Shown here: one piece after another, positions 62,351-64,000 of the stretch
How positions within the stretch are numbered: position 1 is the stretch's first letter
How the letters are laid out: each line of letters starts with the position of its first letter
NCBI RefSeq assembly: GCF_018977255.1
Contig: NW_024704742.1
Span: 87,546,001-87,610,000, forward strand
Direction of reading: 5' to 3'
Source: Callorhinchus milii
Lineage: Eukaryota
Length of the DNA stretch: 64,000 nucleotides
Position numbers and translations under genes: made by a program
The notes under the pieces: model-generated
What the model was told of the DNA's origin: nothing
Seen by the model: the letters and a program-made list of their open reading frames with translations, nothing else
The model's database searches: none

Positions 62351-64000
62351 AAAAAATCCCCCAGTGAATCTATATAAATGACCTGAGACTAAAACGGACC
62401 TAAATTTTGAGCTTGTCCTCAATCTCACAGCAGCCTTCAAACCATTTATATTTCCATCCTTCTCCGCTGCTTTTCTTCCTGGGCCACTTTTGCCAGTCTG
62501 TATTTTCCTAGTTTCACTCTTATCTGTCCCAGTGACTTCACCATGTCTCCTCCTTCTCCTCTTGCTCTCCCCCCTCCCCCAAGCAGGGTCATGTGTGGCA
62601 TTCCTCAGGCTCTATCCTTGGTCCACTTCATCTTCTCGTCTCCATGATCCCCTTTGATGATGACATCATCTGCAGGCATGGGGTTCATTTTCACATGTAA
62701 ATGAATGCTGTTCAACTCTACCACTCCTTTCCCACCCTTGATTTCAGGACTACTGTAGAGTGACAGATTGCCTGTCAGACATCAAGTCTTGGATAAGACC
62801 TAACGTCCTTCAACTGAAAGTCCATACAGCTGAAACCTTACCTCAGTGATCACAGTTCACATTTGAGCTCTTGTATGGAGCTGTTTGACTGTGGGAGTTC
62901 TACATCTAAGTATTGTAGCAAGTGTTAAATAGTTAACACACAACTCTGGCTTTCTGCTTCCACTCTTGATTCGAGGACCACTATTGTTCTCACTGTTGTT
63001 CTGAGGGATATGGTGGAAAAAGCCTGGATGCAGGACCAGGCATAGGATCTAGGATAGGTACTCATATGGAGTATAAACACCAGCTGGGCTGGATGGGCCG
63101 AATGGCCTATTTCTGAGCTGTATCTTCTATGGAGCATGCCTGTAAGACATCAAGTACAGGATAAGCATTAAGTTCTTTAAACTGAAAGTCCACATAACTG
63201 ATCATCCAGCAGTTAAATCCTTCAGTGTTGCTTTGGGAGGGGGAAGTGTGAAGTGATAGGAAAGAGATCGCATTGTCTGGACCTCTCTTTGCTATGATCT
63301 CTATTACTCCCAATGTGGGGGAGTAAGCAGGGTGCTTCTTGGGGTTGAGCTGGCTCCAAGGTTACGGGCTTGGCGATGGAATGTCAGAATCTATTTACCC
63401 TCTGCGGTGTTCATACTAACCCAGTTTCTGAGCCAGCTGCCTCTACAGTATTCCAGGGCACTGCTGATGACACCACGGCCAGCCTTGGAGGGGCAAACAG
63501 ATCACTGGAAGAAGGGATTCTGGCACCTGTGAACGCTGCACGCCCAAAACTAACAGGGAGAACACGCAGTGGGAATTATACCAGTTAATGCATTCAGTGG
63601 CAAGCTACAGTTTTAACTGGTTAAACTCCAGCATTTTGGGACATATGTGCATTTGACCGCCAGGAAGGTTGAAGGCAAACTAGATGGACCTTGGTCTTTT
63701 TTTTGTCTAGCATTTCTTACATTTTTTTGTCTAGCATTTCTTATGTTCAAGTACCCGACATACATTCTTGGGTCCCCATGCCTTGGCTCTCACCAGCATA
63801 ATACTAATACTCTGCTTAATATTCTCTGGAATTAGGGAGAAAAGGCACATTTCATTTCAGACACACAGAAATGTCCATGTGTAGGTGAAAATACCTAGGG
63901 GAAATGGTTTGGTATCCTTTTATAGATTGGTCTTGGTCATTCTATGCTATCTTTCTTCTCTTCTCCAAAGTGGGAGGTGGGAGGGAGATGTAAGTCGGGA

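Noticed and set aside
63370..63588. 72-aa ORF as possible DMRT1 exon 3
   Set aside because: Lacks the Tyr/Ser/Pro-rich sequence expected of exon 3 and has no convincing splice sites.
63695..63748. Short direct duplication ttttttgtctagcatttctta
   Set aside because: Ordinary slippage at a CR1-like 3' tail.

Overview
Eukaryotic, intron- and repeat-rich vertebrate DNA. The SINE/LINE repertoire and protein divergence suggest a cartilaginous fish (inference). The window holds most of KANK1 on + (10 coding exons from the large KN-motif/coiled-coil exon at 704 to the stop at 29386; the first coding exon lies upstream of the window). About 21 kb further on are the first two coding exons of DMRT1 on + (50546-50860 and 52693-52876; exon 3 is not in the window), matching the conserved vertebrate KANK1-DMRT1 order. 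Introns and intergenic DNA are filled with decayed CR1 and L2 LINEs, a tRNA-headed Deu-domain SINE family that shares its 3' tail with the L2, older SINEs, Penelope-like termini and microsatellites. I found no convincing new multi-gene system. The most noteworthy unexplained structures are a degenerate ~120-bp tandem array directly upstream of DMRT1, a degenerate hammerhead-ribozyme-like core in a Penelope-like repeat, a candidate truncating KANK1 exon and several datable nested insertions. Repeat boundaries are approximate, and repeat family names come from recognition rather than a database search.
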